NCBI GenBank assembly: GCA_963845065.1
Contig: CAWJQQ010000009.1
Span: 192,001 to 256,000, forward strand
DNA: 64,000 nucleotides
Origin: Nitrospirota bacterium
GTDB taxonomy: Bacteria; Nitrospirota; UBA9217
Direction of reading: 5' to 3'
This document shows, one piece after another, positions 40,292-50,766 of the stretch (positions are counted from its first letter, which is position 1; each line of letters opens with the position of its first letter). A model generated the notes under the pieces. The model did no database searches. It had not been told where the DNA came from and saw only the letters and a list, made by a program, of their open reading frames with translations. The position numbers were made by a program, and so were the translations under genes.

Positions 40292-42196
40292 TTATAAACT
40301 AAGTATTTTATCCAAAACTTCTCTGAGAGTAATAACATTATAAGGTTTCTTCAAAAAGGCTTTGAATCCCTGCTTTTCGTAATTCGACGTGGCGGCATCA
40401 TCGGAATATCCGCTCGAAACGATCGCCTTCACCATAGGATCGATCTCGAGAAGCTTTTGTATTGTTTCCGATCCTCCCATGCCACCCCGAACCGTCAGGT
40501 CCAGAATGACGATATCGAAGGGCTTTCCTGCGGCAATTGCTTCCTGATACTTTTCCAGCGCTTCCTGCCCGTGTTTTGCCACTTCCACGTCGTGCCCCAG
40601 CGCACAAATCAGTTCGCTGCTCATATTCCTGATAATCTCCTCATCATCCATCACCAGGATCCTAGCTGTTTGCGACAGGGAACTCTTTGTAGGGCCGACC
40701 GTAGATCCTACTCGGGCCGCTTCTGCAATTGCAGGAAGATAGATAATGAACGTGGTTCCTACGCCTGATTTCGTCTTGACATCAATCATGCCGCCGTGGT
40801 TCCTGACGATCGAGTAGGAGGTTGCCAGGCCCAGACCGCTTCCTTTTTCCTTTGTCGTGAAATAGGGCTCAAAAATTTTAATTAGATATTGTTCGGGGAT
40901 GCCGACACCGGTGTCCTGGATCGTTACTACGACGTAGTTTCCCTTTGCGAGCCCAAGGGGCAGCGATGCATCCCCCTCAGCCACATTCGCTCCGGCTACT
41001 CTGACCGTGCCGCCGACTGGCATGGCCTGGTCTGCATTCAGCACGATGTTCTGGATAACCTGTTCCAGCTGGCCTGCATCCACCTCCGCCTGCCACAGGT
41101 CTTGCAGGATGTTCAGATGGAGATCGGAGCGGGAGCCACTCAACGTAAACCTTGTAGCGTTCTCGATGACCGGTCGGAGGTCGATCAGTTTCTTGACCGG
41201 CTTGCCCCCCTTGGAAAAGGTCAGGAGCTGGTTCGTGAGATTGACCGACTGATGAAGGGCTTTCTCGGCTTGCTCGAGCATAGCGAGCGATTTTTCCTTC
41301 TGGTCAATGGTCATTTTGGCCATGGAGATATATCCAAAAAACGCCTGTAGCAGGTTGTTAAAATCATGGGCGATCCCGCCTGCAAGGGTGCCGATGGATT
41401 CGAGTTTCTGCGCCCTGAGAAACTCCTCTTCCATGCTCTTACGGTCCGTAATATCCCTCAGAATGTCACGCGAACCGATGATTGTTCCGTCTTCAACAAT
41501 CGCTGATGAACTGACCTCCACATCGCGCAGTCGGCCGTCCTTGGTCTTGACCTTGCCGATGAAGGTCTCATAGGCACCGCGGTCCCTCAGCTTTTTAAAC
41601 TCGGTCTCTGACCGTGGTAGCTGTTCGGAGGGAATAATGTCGGTGATCTTCATGGCCAGCAGTTCTTCCTTGGCAAATCCCAAAATATCCATTGCCTTCT
41701 TATTTACATCTAGAAAGCGGAGGTCAGAACTGACGATGAAGATCGCATCGTTGGCATTCTCAAAAAGGTCTCGGTATTTCTCCTCAGACTTACGGAGAGC
41801 CTCGACCGCGCGTTTACGCTCGGTGACATCCTGGACGATCACAAAGCGCGCATTCCTTCCACCAAAGCGGACACCATGGGATGAGATCTCCACATCCATG
41901 AGAGAACCGTCCTTCCTGCGGTGCTTCCAGGAGCCTAAGTGCTGTACCCCCAGGCCGAGCTGCGAGACCATATTGACAAGGCGCGACACTTCCTCGGAAG
42001 GTCTGATCTCCTTTATATTCATGGAAAGAAGTTCTTCGCGTGTATACCCGTAATGCTCCACCGTAGCGTTGTTGACCGCTAGGAACTTAAAGGTCTCCAG
42101 GTCATAGACATACATGGGTTGCGGGCTATTTTCGAAGATCGTCTGGAAAAAATCGCCGGCGTCTGGGAAGTTATCCTTTATCTGTTCAGTGCTCAT
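40292..42196 (-). CDS. PAS-PAS hybrid histidine kinase/receiver
   Basis: AHDFNNLL, GSGLGL, REC ILVMDDE. Confidence 0.95.
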   Translation of the reverse strand: MSTEQIKDNFPDAGDFFQTIFENSPQPMYVYDLETFKFLAVNNATVEHYGYTREELLSMNIKEIRPSEEVSRLVNMVSQLGLGVQHLGSWKHRRKDGSLMDVEISSHGVRFGGRNARFVIVQDVTERKRAVEALRKSEEKYRDLFENANDAIFIVSSDLRFLDVNKKAMDILGFAKEELLAMKITDIIPSEQLPRSETEFKKLRDRGAYETFIGKVKTKDGRLRDVEVSSSAIVEDGTIIGSRDILRDITDRKSMEEEFLRAQKLESIGTLAGGIAHDFNNLLQAFFGYISMAKMTIDQKEKSLAMLEQAEKALHQSVNLTNQLLTFSKGGKPVKKLIDLRPVIENATRFTLSGSRSDLHLNILQDLWQAEVDAGQLEQVIQNIVLNADQAMPVGGTVRVAGANVAEGDASLPLGLAKGNYVVVTIQDTGVGIPEQYLIKIFEPYFTTKEKGSGLGLATSYSIVRNHGGMIDVKTKSGVGTTFIIYLPAIAEAARVGSTVGPTKSSLSQTARILVMDDEEIIRNMSSELICALGHDVEVAKHGQEALEKYQEAIAAGKPFDIVILDLTVRGGMGGSETIQKLLEIDPMVKAIVSSGYSDDAATSNYEKQGFKAFLKKPYNVITLREVLDKILSL

Positions 42197-42945
42197 GCAT
42201 GCTCCATGGCCTGCTCCTGTCCCTCGATATTACCATAATAATCATTCTAAGGACTCATGTCTATATCGCACGACATGTTGGGCAAAAGGATGGGTGTGCC
42301 CTTTGGGAACTCGAGCAGCTACAAATGACTGATAAGCCAAGACAGATTTAAATGTAATCCAATAAAATTCACAATACTTCATCGCTGTCCAATATAATCT
42401 TTAAATGCCTATTTTAGACAAGATAAGTTGTTGATTTATAAAGAAAACGCAATTTCTCTTGAAAACAGGCTCCGGGGCAGCTCTATATGTAGTCCAACAC
42501 GCGAGCGTCTACGGTTTCCGACAGAAGCCGTTTGCTAGCCTGCTAATAGCCGCTTTTATCATATTCTGGAATGCTAGCGGTTTGAGATCTGCTCCCCATA
42601 GCATAAAAATGCTGTCCAAGTTAAATCCTATTTTAGATAAGATTGACAATAATTTACCATTTTATGCTTTTACAGGCAAAGCTCTTCTATAAATAACCCT
42701 TTGAATACAAATACAAAGTTCATCAATTCATAACCAAAAAAAATTTAGTCTGCCTTTTCGATTGTCTATCTGCTTCACGATTATAAGTAGAACGCAGCAT
42801 AGGAAAAGTGGGATTACTTTGTGCTGGGAACGATCTAAGCGTTCCGATATCCAAGCAGTTTTAGGGCTGCCAATAGCATTCAAATAAAATGAGCACACCA
42901 AAACATTGATGTGCTCAACGAATAAATCCCATTTTCTTATGTCAT

Positions 42946-43125
42946 CTACTTCTTAGCAGCCAGAGACTTCTGTGCTGCTTGCTTGCCCTGAGCTGATATG
43001 GTTACAGTATCATTTTTTGGCTGTGGGGCTGCTTTCTTATAAACTTGTTTATGGGAAGCTATTTGCTGAGGCCGAACAGCTGGTACACCAGAAATAACAC
43101 TCGAAATTGCATTGGTATCTGCCAT
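42946..43125 (-). CDS. Small protein with FlgM-like DTVTIS motif
   Basis: 59 aa; DTVTISAQGK; GGGG RBS. Confidence 0.55.
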   Translation of the reverse strand: MADTNAISSVISGVPAVRPQQIASHKQVYKKAAPQPKNDTVTISAQGKQAAQKSLAAKK

Positions 43126-43209
43126 GATTATTCCCCCCATTTTTTAGGAAGCTTACTATTCCTCGCTATCTTATGGGCAACTTTTGCTGAAGCAATTATG
43201 AACCTCCTT

Positions 43210-43683
43210 CTAACCAGACTGAGTGTGAATCTTGACCTTTTGTTTTTCCGAATCGTTCCCAGAAGCTGCTTCCTCTGGGCTGGAAGGCTGCTGTGATTTT
43301 GATTGACTATTTTGAAGTGCCGTCTGTGCGGCTTGCGTTGTTACGGTTACTGCCCCAAGATACGCTTCTACCGTTTGGGTATCCAAATTCATGATGACTG
43401 CAATCACAGATATTGGGTTTCCCTTGTCGCTTAACATCCTTGCTTTCGCCGCTCCTGAAATTTGAACGGTGTCTGCTTTCTGCTGATTTTGTTGAGCTTT
43501 CATAGTTTTTGTGATTTGAGAAGCAGGCTGACCAAGTGTGGATTGAATTCCTGAGGCTTGTGCAGACGTATTCAATGTCGTAGTTTCTGCGGTTTGTGAA
43601 TCTGCTTGAGCAATCTTAGGCTGTATTACAGTAACTTGCATAGCCTGTATAGACGAATTCACACCTGTAATAGAGGTTGCCAT
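43210..43683 (-). CDS. Q/S/T-rich hypothetical protein with DTVQIS motif
   Basis: 157 aa directly downstream of a sigma28 promoter. Confidence 0.7.
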   Translation of the reverse strand: MATSITGVNSSIQAMQVTVIQPKIAQADSQTAETTTLNTSAQASGIQSTLGQPASQITKTMKAQQNQQKADTVQISGAAKARMLSDKGNPISVIAVIMNLDTQTVEAYLGAVTVTTQAAQTALQNSQSKSQQPSSPEEAASGNDSEKQKVKIHTQSG

Positions 43684-43727
43684 GTTTTTTTATCTATTCT
43701 CCAACTGCATAAACTCGTCCAATTCTC

Positions 43728-43754
43728 TTATCGGCAACTCTGGTTAAAACTTTA
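43728..43754 (-). promoter_or_regulatory. Sigma28 promoter
   Basis: Perfect TAAA-N15-GCCGATAA. Confidence 0.85.
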
Positions 43755-43796
43755 GGGTAATTTTGATAAGTTATTTCGTAGACGGTGATTATACAG

Positions 43797-44196
43797 TCAG
43801 GGATTCCAATAAGCCGTGGACTTGAATAAGTAGTGGATACCACCATCATCACTCATATCCCAAATTGTTCTCTGCCAATTTCTGATTGCTCCCCGGTCTT
43901 CGCATTGGGCACTTCTAAACAATTTCATCCATCTCCGGGTGTGCATAACCAACGATTTCTTCCAAACACGGCTTCCGGTTTGGTCTCCGTCTGCAAGATA
44001 CCCGATATTCTGCTGGATATTCTGCTTCAGGATATGATGCCACGACAATGATTGCCGGAATGTATCCCCCCAACTTCCGAGCTTGTGGTAGTTCAGTTAT
44101 CATTTCTCCCTTTTCATTCAGAAAATGGGTGATATCAGTAACCAAGTGTCTGTCATTTCCCCTTTCTGCTTTGCTTGATATTCTTGTTGCCGGCAC
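43797..44196 (-). pseudogene. Disrupted Cys-containing hypothetical gene
   Basis: CRRRPNRKPC...EIV*(TAG)KCP, then frameshift to CEDRGAIRNWQRTIWD. Confidence 0.55.
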
Positions 44197-44368
44197 TACC
44201 AGCCTATTGTTGGACTTCCTATTTCAACAATTTTCTGAACCGTAGAATGTACCAGTTCCACGAGCCTGGAGGGACGGACAAGATTATCGGCTTATTGAGA
44301 TTAGGTGGATTAAACAGCATAATTATTCTTTGAGGGAAGTGGATTGATTTTACACAGAGGGGGTCAGT

Positions 44369-45097
44369 TCACTCAACTATGCGGAGCGCGCAGAGAACAT
44401 ACAAAGCTTTAAGAGCATTGTAGTCACCCAATCCAGATAATAAGCAAATATCTGCAATGTTCTTTTTCCCATCTACAAGCGATAACACGGCATGTTGATC
44501 CGGGTCCAGCTTTACATCATGAAATAATGACGAGGTATTGTCGATTTGACGAAGCACTGTTTTAATAGCAGGGAATGACCGCCGCGCCATCTCCCACTCG
44601 ACTTTTCGTATACCATCTACAATCAAATTGACGGTGCCAATCTTAATCGAGATAATGTCGGGAAGTTTGCCTTCATCAAAAATAAAGCACCCACCATACC
44701 AGCTGAAAACGCTTATTGTAATTTGTTTGATCTGATGGCTTATCGCCGTCACCAGCTGCCGAGACGTTATGATTTCTCTTTCTATTAATACCGCTCCAAG
44801 TTTTTTGCCGGCCGCCAAAGCCGCCTTTAGAGATAGATCTCTTTGCTCGTGCGTTATGGCGCCGATACGGATCATACATTCACCCAACCGGTCGTCTGCA
44901 ACGTTAGACGCTGCGAAAACGATTTCCCCCGCAGATACATATACTTTTTTTACTGCTGTGCCAAATCCGAATATAGCTGTTCCGGTCTTTTTCCCGGCCA
45001 TTAAGTCTTGGAAAAGCCATGGTACAACCATATTCTTTATCATTCCAGTCGTTACAGTCATATTTTCGTTGCGGCGGCCTGCGGTTTTGACATTCAT
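44369..45097 (-). CDS. DUF4388 (PATAN-like) domain protein
   Basis: KKTG...GEIVFAASN..DDRLGE...FSW.GG.F.F. Confidence 0.8.
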   Translation of the reverse strand: MNVKTAGRRNENMTVTTGMIKNMVVPWLFQDLMAGKKTGTAIFGFGTAVKKVYVSAGEIVFAASNVADDRLGECMIRIGAITHEQRDLSLKAALAAGKKLGAVLIEREIITSRQLVTAISHQIKQITISVFSWYGGCFIFDEGKLPDIISIKIGTVNLIVDGIRKVEWEMARRSFPAIKTVLRQIDNTSSLFHDVKLDPDQHAVLSLVDGKKNIADICLLSGLGDYNALKALYVLCALRIVE

Positions 45098-45268
45098 CGT
45101 TTCAGTTTACAACATATACAGTCATGCACCGGTATGCGTTAAAAAACTGCGTGAACTACTGCTTATAACTTAATGATTGCAATTCTTTCTCTCAGCAACT
45201 AGAAACTGATGCCAGCGCAGAACGCGCATTATATGCATCCTAAACCATTGGCCATCAGACAGAGTACC

Positions 45269-48211
45269 TTACACATTGACCATCTTGCTTAGCACTTTTC
45301 TAAGGGCGACAACATCATAGGGTTTCTTCAAACACGCCTTGAATCCCTGCGACATATAATTCGCTATTGTCATATCATCGGAGTATCCACTCGACACGAC
45401 CGCCTTAACGTTGGAATCCATTTTGAGTAACTGCTGAACCGTTTCTACGCCACCCATCCCACCCCGTATAGTGATGTCCAGGATAACGATGTCAAATGGA
45501 CGTCCCGCTCCAATCGCTCCTCGATACTTTTCAAGGACTTCCTCGCCGTGTTTTGCAACCTCAACCTCATGGCCCAGCACACCAAGCAGCTCGCTGCTGA
45601 GATTCCTGATGACCTCCTCATCGTCCATCACGAGGACCCTCGCTTTGCCCGATGGCGAAAGCTCTTGCTTCTTTTCCTCTGATTCTAACCGGACCTGTCC
45701 AACGATCGCGGGCAGATAAATCATAAACGTGGTTCCTTCGCCGTATTTGATCATAACATCGATGATACCACCGTGATTTTTTACGATCGTGTAGGATGTT
45801 GCCAGCCCCAGCCCGCTGCCCTTTTCCTTTGTCGTGAAATAGGGGTCAAAGATCTTGCTCAGATACTGTTCCGGAATACCGACGCCGGTATCATGGATCG
45901 CTATCACAATATAGTCCCCCTTTGCAAGTCCAGGCCGCAGCGATGCGTCGCCCTTTGCCATGTTCGCTGCCGTGACTCTGACAGTGCCGCCGACCGGCAT
46001 GGCCTGATCCGCGTTCAGCACGATATTCTGGACCACTTGGCCGATCTGTCCTTCATCAGCTTCAACCTGCCACAGGTCTGCCGCAATGTTCAGGCGGAGA
46101 TCGGAACGGGAGCCGCTCAACATAAAGTTTGCTGAGTTCTCGATGATCGGCCCGAGGTCGATCTTTTTCTTGAACGGCTTGCCACCCTTGGAAAAGGTCA
46201 AAAGCTGAGTCGTTAGATTAACCGTCTGATGAAGGGCTTTCTCGGCTTGCTCTAGGGCTGCTGCGCTTTTTTCCTTGTTATTCGCCGTTATTTTCGCCAG
46301 GGAGATATAGCCGAACACGCCCTGAAGAAGGTTGTTAAAGTCATGGGCGATGCCACCGGCCAGCGTGCCGATGGATTCAAGCTTTTGAGACTTCATAGAC
46401 TGTTCCCCCAGCTTTTTCCGTTCAGTGATGTCGGTGGACATCCCGCACACGGCGTAAGGTTTTTTATTGCTGTCGTATAGGGGAAATTTGAGGGAAATGT
46501 AATAGTGCATGCCATCATCCTGAGGCACGGCCTCTTCGGCTTCAATCGGCATGCCGGCCTTTATTGTCTGAAGGTCGACATCACGAAATGCGTCAGCCAC
46601 TATCCGGGGGAAAATGTCATAGTCCGTTTTACCAAGGATTTCGGAATTCGAAACATGAAATAGCTTTTCATATAGTGCGTTGATGAAAATATATTTCCCT
46701 TCGAGGTCCTTCGCAGAAATGACCGCAGAGGAACTGTCCATGATCCTCTGTAATGTTTCCTTGCTTTGCCGCAGCGCCTCCACTGCCTGTTTGCGCTCGG
46801 TAATATCACTGACAAGATTCAAGTTGGCAGGCTTGTTATCCCAGGTGATTATTGCGCCTTTTGTTTCCAGCCATCGAATGGCTCCATCCTTTCGAACAAT
46901 CCGAAAACTATAGACCTCCTCGGGATCTATTTCTCCCTTCATTCTTTTAATGTGGTGTTCAAGGACTAGTGGCCGGTCATCGGGGTCAACAAATTCCACG
47001 AACGGTCTTGCTGTCAACTCCTCATAGGTGTAGCCGCTCAAGTGGATCATTTGGGGGTTCACATATAACAGCATTCCCTCCCTGGCGACTAGAATGCCTT
47101 CGTATGCGTTATCCACTAACAGCCGAAATTTTGCTTCAGATACCTGGAGGGCTTCCTCGACCTGCCTGCGCTGGGTGATGTCATATGCCGCATAAACGAT
47201 CCCAACCGGCGAATTGTCCAATGAATTTGTGATCGTGGATACGGAGACGATGACGTTGAATCGTTGCCCGCTCCTGCTGTGCCATGCCGTCTCATGAGAA
47301 GAGGATTTCCCGCTCAAAAGAGCGGCGGTGTTGAATTCTGCCAGCGCGGGAAGAATTGACCCTATATCCCTATCGAGGAGTTCTGACTTTTGATAACCAA
47401 GCATCTCTTCGGTTACTTGGCTGGTCACCCTGATCTTGCCCTTGAGGTCAATAACGATCACAGCACTCTGCATGGTCTCCAGAATTCGGTCCGCGGCCAG
47501 CTCAGGTGTGATGTCCGTGAAACGGTATCGCATGATGATGTAGGCGCTCACTAGAATAAAGAAGCCTACGGGGAGATAACCGAATGGATAGACGTGAAGG
47601 CCTAAGCACGGAAGAAAGTCAACTGCGCCCAGATAACCGACGTTGAAGGCGATAAGCAGCCCTTTCAATCTTTTTTTCTGTTGCACTGTTGAGCTTTGCC
47701 GGTATTCCAGCCAGTAAAGATGGAGGACAAAAACCATGATACTGAAAAAAAACGTCATGAATACAATACCCAGAGGTCCATACTGAACATTCCTGCCCCA
47801 GAAGAACTGGGCGCTCCCCTTGACGTGCAGATCAGTGAAAAAGGCTCCGAACGTAATTAACGTCGATAGAACGAAGCTGGATGCGACGGCGAAACGATAC
47901 CGATGGCGCAGGTTGAGACGGTCTACGGTCGAGAGAAGTATGGTGGTGGGGATGAAGTCAGCTCCCAGTTGAGAGATCCTGATCCAGAGTAGTGACATAC
48001 CTTCGCCGCGGCTTGCAAAGTTTGCTCCAGTGGCGAAGTAATAAAAACCGATACTCAGGCACATAAAAAGGAAAGAGGATCCAATGCGTGAGCCGTGCTC
48101 TCCGATGAGAATGAATAGTCCAAGGAGAATAATGGCTGTTCCGACAATGAACATGGGGAGTGCGTAGCCATTAAAAAAATAGTTTTCCGGATTCAGTATC
48201 TGAAGGATCAT
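45269..48211 (-). CDS. 7TM-PAS hybrid histidine kinase/receiver
   Basis: N-terminal multi-TM region, three PAS blocks, AHDFNNLL, REC. Confidence 0.95.
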   Translation of the reverse strand: MILQILNPENYFFNGYALPMFIVGTAIILLGLFILIGEHGSRIGSSFLFMCLSIGFYYFATGANFASRGEGMSLLWIRISQLGADFIPTTILLSTVDRLNLRHRYRFAVASSFVLSTLITFGAFFTDLHVKGSAQFFWGRNVQYGPLGIVFMTFFFSIMVFVLHLYWLEYRQSSTVQQKKRLKGLLIAFNVGYLGAVDFLPCLGLHVYPFGYLPVGFFILVSAYIIMRYRFTDITPELAADRILETMQSAVIVIDLKGKIRVTSQVTEEMLGYQKSELLDRDIGSILPALAEFNTAALLSGKSSSHETAWHSRSGQRFNVIVSVSTITNSLDNSPVGIVYAAYDITQRRQVEEALQVSEAKFRLLVDNAYEGILVAREGMLLYVNPQMIHLSGYTYEELTARPFVEFVDPDDRPLVLEHHIKRMKGEIDPEEVYSFRIVRKDGAIRWLETKGAIITWDNKPANLNLVSDITERKQAVEALRQSKETLQRIMDSSSAVISAKDLEGKYIFINALYEKLFHVSNSEILGKTDYDIFPRIVADAFRDVDLQTIKAGMPIEAEEAVPQDDGMHYYISLKFPLYDSNKKPYAVCGMSTDITERKKLGEQSMKSQKLESIGTLAGGIAHDFNNLLQGVFGYISLAKITANNKEKSAAALEQAEKALHQTVNLTTQLLTFSKGGKPFKKKIDLGPIIENSANFMLSGSRSDLRLNIAADLWQVEADEGQIGQVVQNIVLNADQAMPVGGTVRVTAANMAKGDASLRPGLAKGDYIVIAIHDTGVGIPEQYLSKIFDPYFTTKEKGSGLGLATSYTIVKNHGGIIDVMIKYGEGTTFMIYLPAIVGQVRLESEEKKQELSPSGKARVLVMDDEEVIRNLSSELLGVLGHEVEVAKHGEEVLEKYRGAIGAGRPFDIVILDITIRGGMGGVETVQQLLKMDSNVKAVVSSGYSDDMTIANYMSQGFKACLKKPYDVVALRKVLSKMVNV

Positions 48212-48817
48212 AGACTCTCCAAAGAAACTTGTATACGAGCATCCTTAAAAGACTGCACATTTAGATCCGGAAAGTTGGCGGTATCCATGCTAGTTTCCTC
48301 TTCGCTACATCGACGTCTGCCAGTTGTTTGAAGCTATTCAGATATAACGTTGGCTAAAAAGAGATAGTGCAGATATGATAATTAGCACTACTATGAGGGT
48401 TCCAGTTGTGCCATAGCGTTTTCTTGATAAAATTAAAATCACAGATCAGTTCTCATGGTGATTACAAAAGTGACGAAAGATTTATTGGTCAGCCGGACTC
48501 TTCCAGGACTACTATAAATCTTATCGTCACGATCTTGTTCAACTTTAGTGGTCAATTTAGTTTCTTAAAGGTTTTTATGAGAATTAAGCCGTAGAATATG
48601 AGTTGAAACTTCAAGTATTTCAAAGAATTGCAACTTCACTTCCTCAGAAGAGGATGTAACTATTAACGGAAAACTATATCGCAAAAAGCAATGTTACAAT
48701 TAATCTGTGAATGGCACTATGGTTTGCTACATGAAGAGTTAATCCCCCTTGGCGAGGACTCATCGGAATGATGGAATTTAAGCGACTCATATTAGGGGAT
48801 CTATCTGTCCCAAGAAA

Positions 48818-48878
48818 ATAGTACTTGATGTTTGATATATTCGAAATACTGTCCGAGCAGGTGGAAATCGATGACCAA
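48818..48878. repeat. About 60-bp direct repeat (second copy 52625..52689)
   Basis: atagta.ttgatgtttgatat...ttcgaaatactgtccgag...gaaatcg. Confidence 0.75.
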
Positions 48879-49027
48879 ACTAATTTGGGACTAGTGTCGG
48901 AGACTGTCAGGATAGGAACTGCCTTGTTCGAAACCCAAACCAATAGCTTTCTCTTGGGTTGTGGGATGGAATAAACAACAGCTTCAAGAAGAACCTGGTA
49001 AGCTTTTAAATTATGAATTCAACAAAA

Positions 49028-50598
49028 TCAGGGAGTCACGAGCCCATCCATTTGCACGACTTCGAAGTTAGAACCTGTCACGCTGCCCAACTCGCTAACC
49101 AGTTCATCGTTATTCCATCGGGGATCTGGAGCGCCGGTGATGAACCAATTGGAGCCGTTATCGGCTACGAACATGCCATAGGTCTTTAGTGCCTGCAGAA
49201 TTGCCTTGACCTCGGTGCTGAATCCGCTCGGAATTACAAACGTGGATTTCAGCCGTACGCGCATGCCCATGGGAGGTAGATTCGGGTTCGTGTTGCTGGA
49301 AGCCCAATGCGTGGCTGGCGGCACGTAAGCTTCTCGGGTCGTGTTAACCGTGAAACGGAAGGCATGGTTTATCACTCCGCTTGCAGCTTCCTCATAACGG
49401 ACAAGGCCCGGGAAGATCGGCAGACCAGCTGCGTCGGTGCTGGTCCAGCCCGGCTGTGCGGTGGGGCGTACATTGTTTGAATCCAGATGAAACACTGCCC
49501 CGCAGCTGGCCGTCCAGGTCCCATCGCTCTGTGGGTAGGCGTTGGCCATTTCATACAAAATATTTGAATCACGATCAATGACTAGAACATGGCGGTCGCC
49601 ACCGAAGGCCGAGCCATCAGCCTGCTGGCCTTCGATAGGTGCGTTCATCGGCACAGGATATGGACCGGGATCGCTCTCATCCGCATATAACGTGAATAAT
49701 ATGGCCACCATAGGTTGGCTATCTGAAACAATGACGTAGGGGATACCGATTGGGGCGCCTGACCACAACCCTGATCCGAATTCTGGATGGAGCCCCGTCC
49801 CAAGACCGATGCTGCTGATAAGAGCATTCGAATTGGTATCCACCGGTGCGGAAGAAATATCGGTGTTCCAAGCATTGCTCGCAGGGAATGGAATGGCGCC
49901 ATTCAAGTTGGCCCCAGCACCAAGATCCGCACCACTCATGTTGCCATAGGTCAATGCTAGAGTGCCCACCGTGACTGTTACCGATGATGCAGCGCTGCCG
50001 GTGCTGTTCGTAGCCACCAGGGTGTAGGTGGTTGTGGTTGTAGGACTGATGTTCGTACCGCTGCCTGTGGTTGTTATACCATTCAACGTGAAACTGCCAG
50101 CATTTAACACGACCCAGGCCAATTGGCTGGATTGTCCTGGTGTAATGACTGAGGGAGAGGCAGTAAAGGCTGAGATTACAGGCGCTGTCTGGGCCGCGGG
50201 CACTTCTCCAACTGCCGATGGCACTGCTGATACCGGTGGACTAGACGCTGCGCTCTCGCCTGCGCCGTTGACGGCAGTGACGATGAAATAATACATCATA
50301 CTGTTAGTAAGTCGTGAAACAAGATCAGAAGTCGTTGCTGTTGATGTTGAAGCCAAACCTGCGTAATTTGTTGTAGATACAGCGGCAGACGTCGAATAGT
50401 AGACATTATACGACGTTGCGTCGGTGGAGTCCGTCCAACTTACGGTCACCTGCGAATTTCCGGCAGTGGCTTGGACTCCTGTAGGCGTTGCAGGTGCACT
50501 GGTCGGCGTACTATTCGTGCTGTTCCCCCCCCACTGCAGGCTGTAATGACCCCGCTGAGCAGAACCGTGAACAATATTATGGCAATCAAACGGTTCAT
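49028..50598 (-). pseudogene. FN3-domain surface lipoprotein interrupted by a 1-bp frameshift in a G8 tract
   Basis: Lipobox ITAC in one frame and the FN3 plus C-terminal domain in another; adding one G at 50525..50532 joins them into 523 aa. Confidence 0.8.
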
Positions 50599-50766
50599 TG
50601 CCCTACCTCCTTTAGCCATCAGCAAATAAATGCTTTGCTGGTTACTTGGCGCATAAGTCTTTGCTTCAAAGCTAAATTGTACAGCGCAATAAGACGCTAT
50701 CGTGATACCACTCTTATCCAAAATAAGTTTTTAAAAAAAATTAGGCCTGAGTAATATAGTCGTTAC

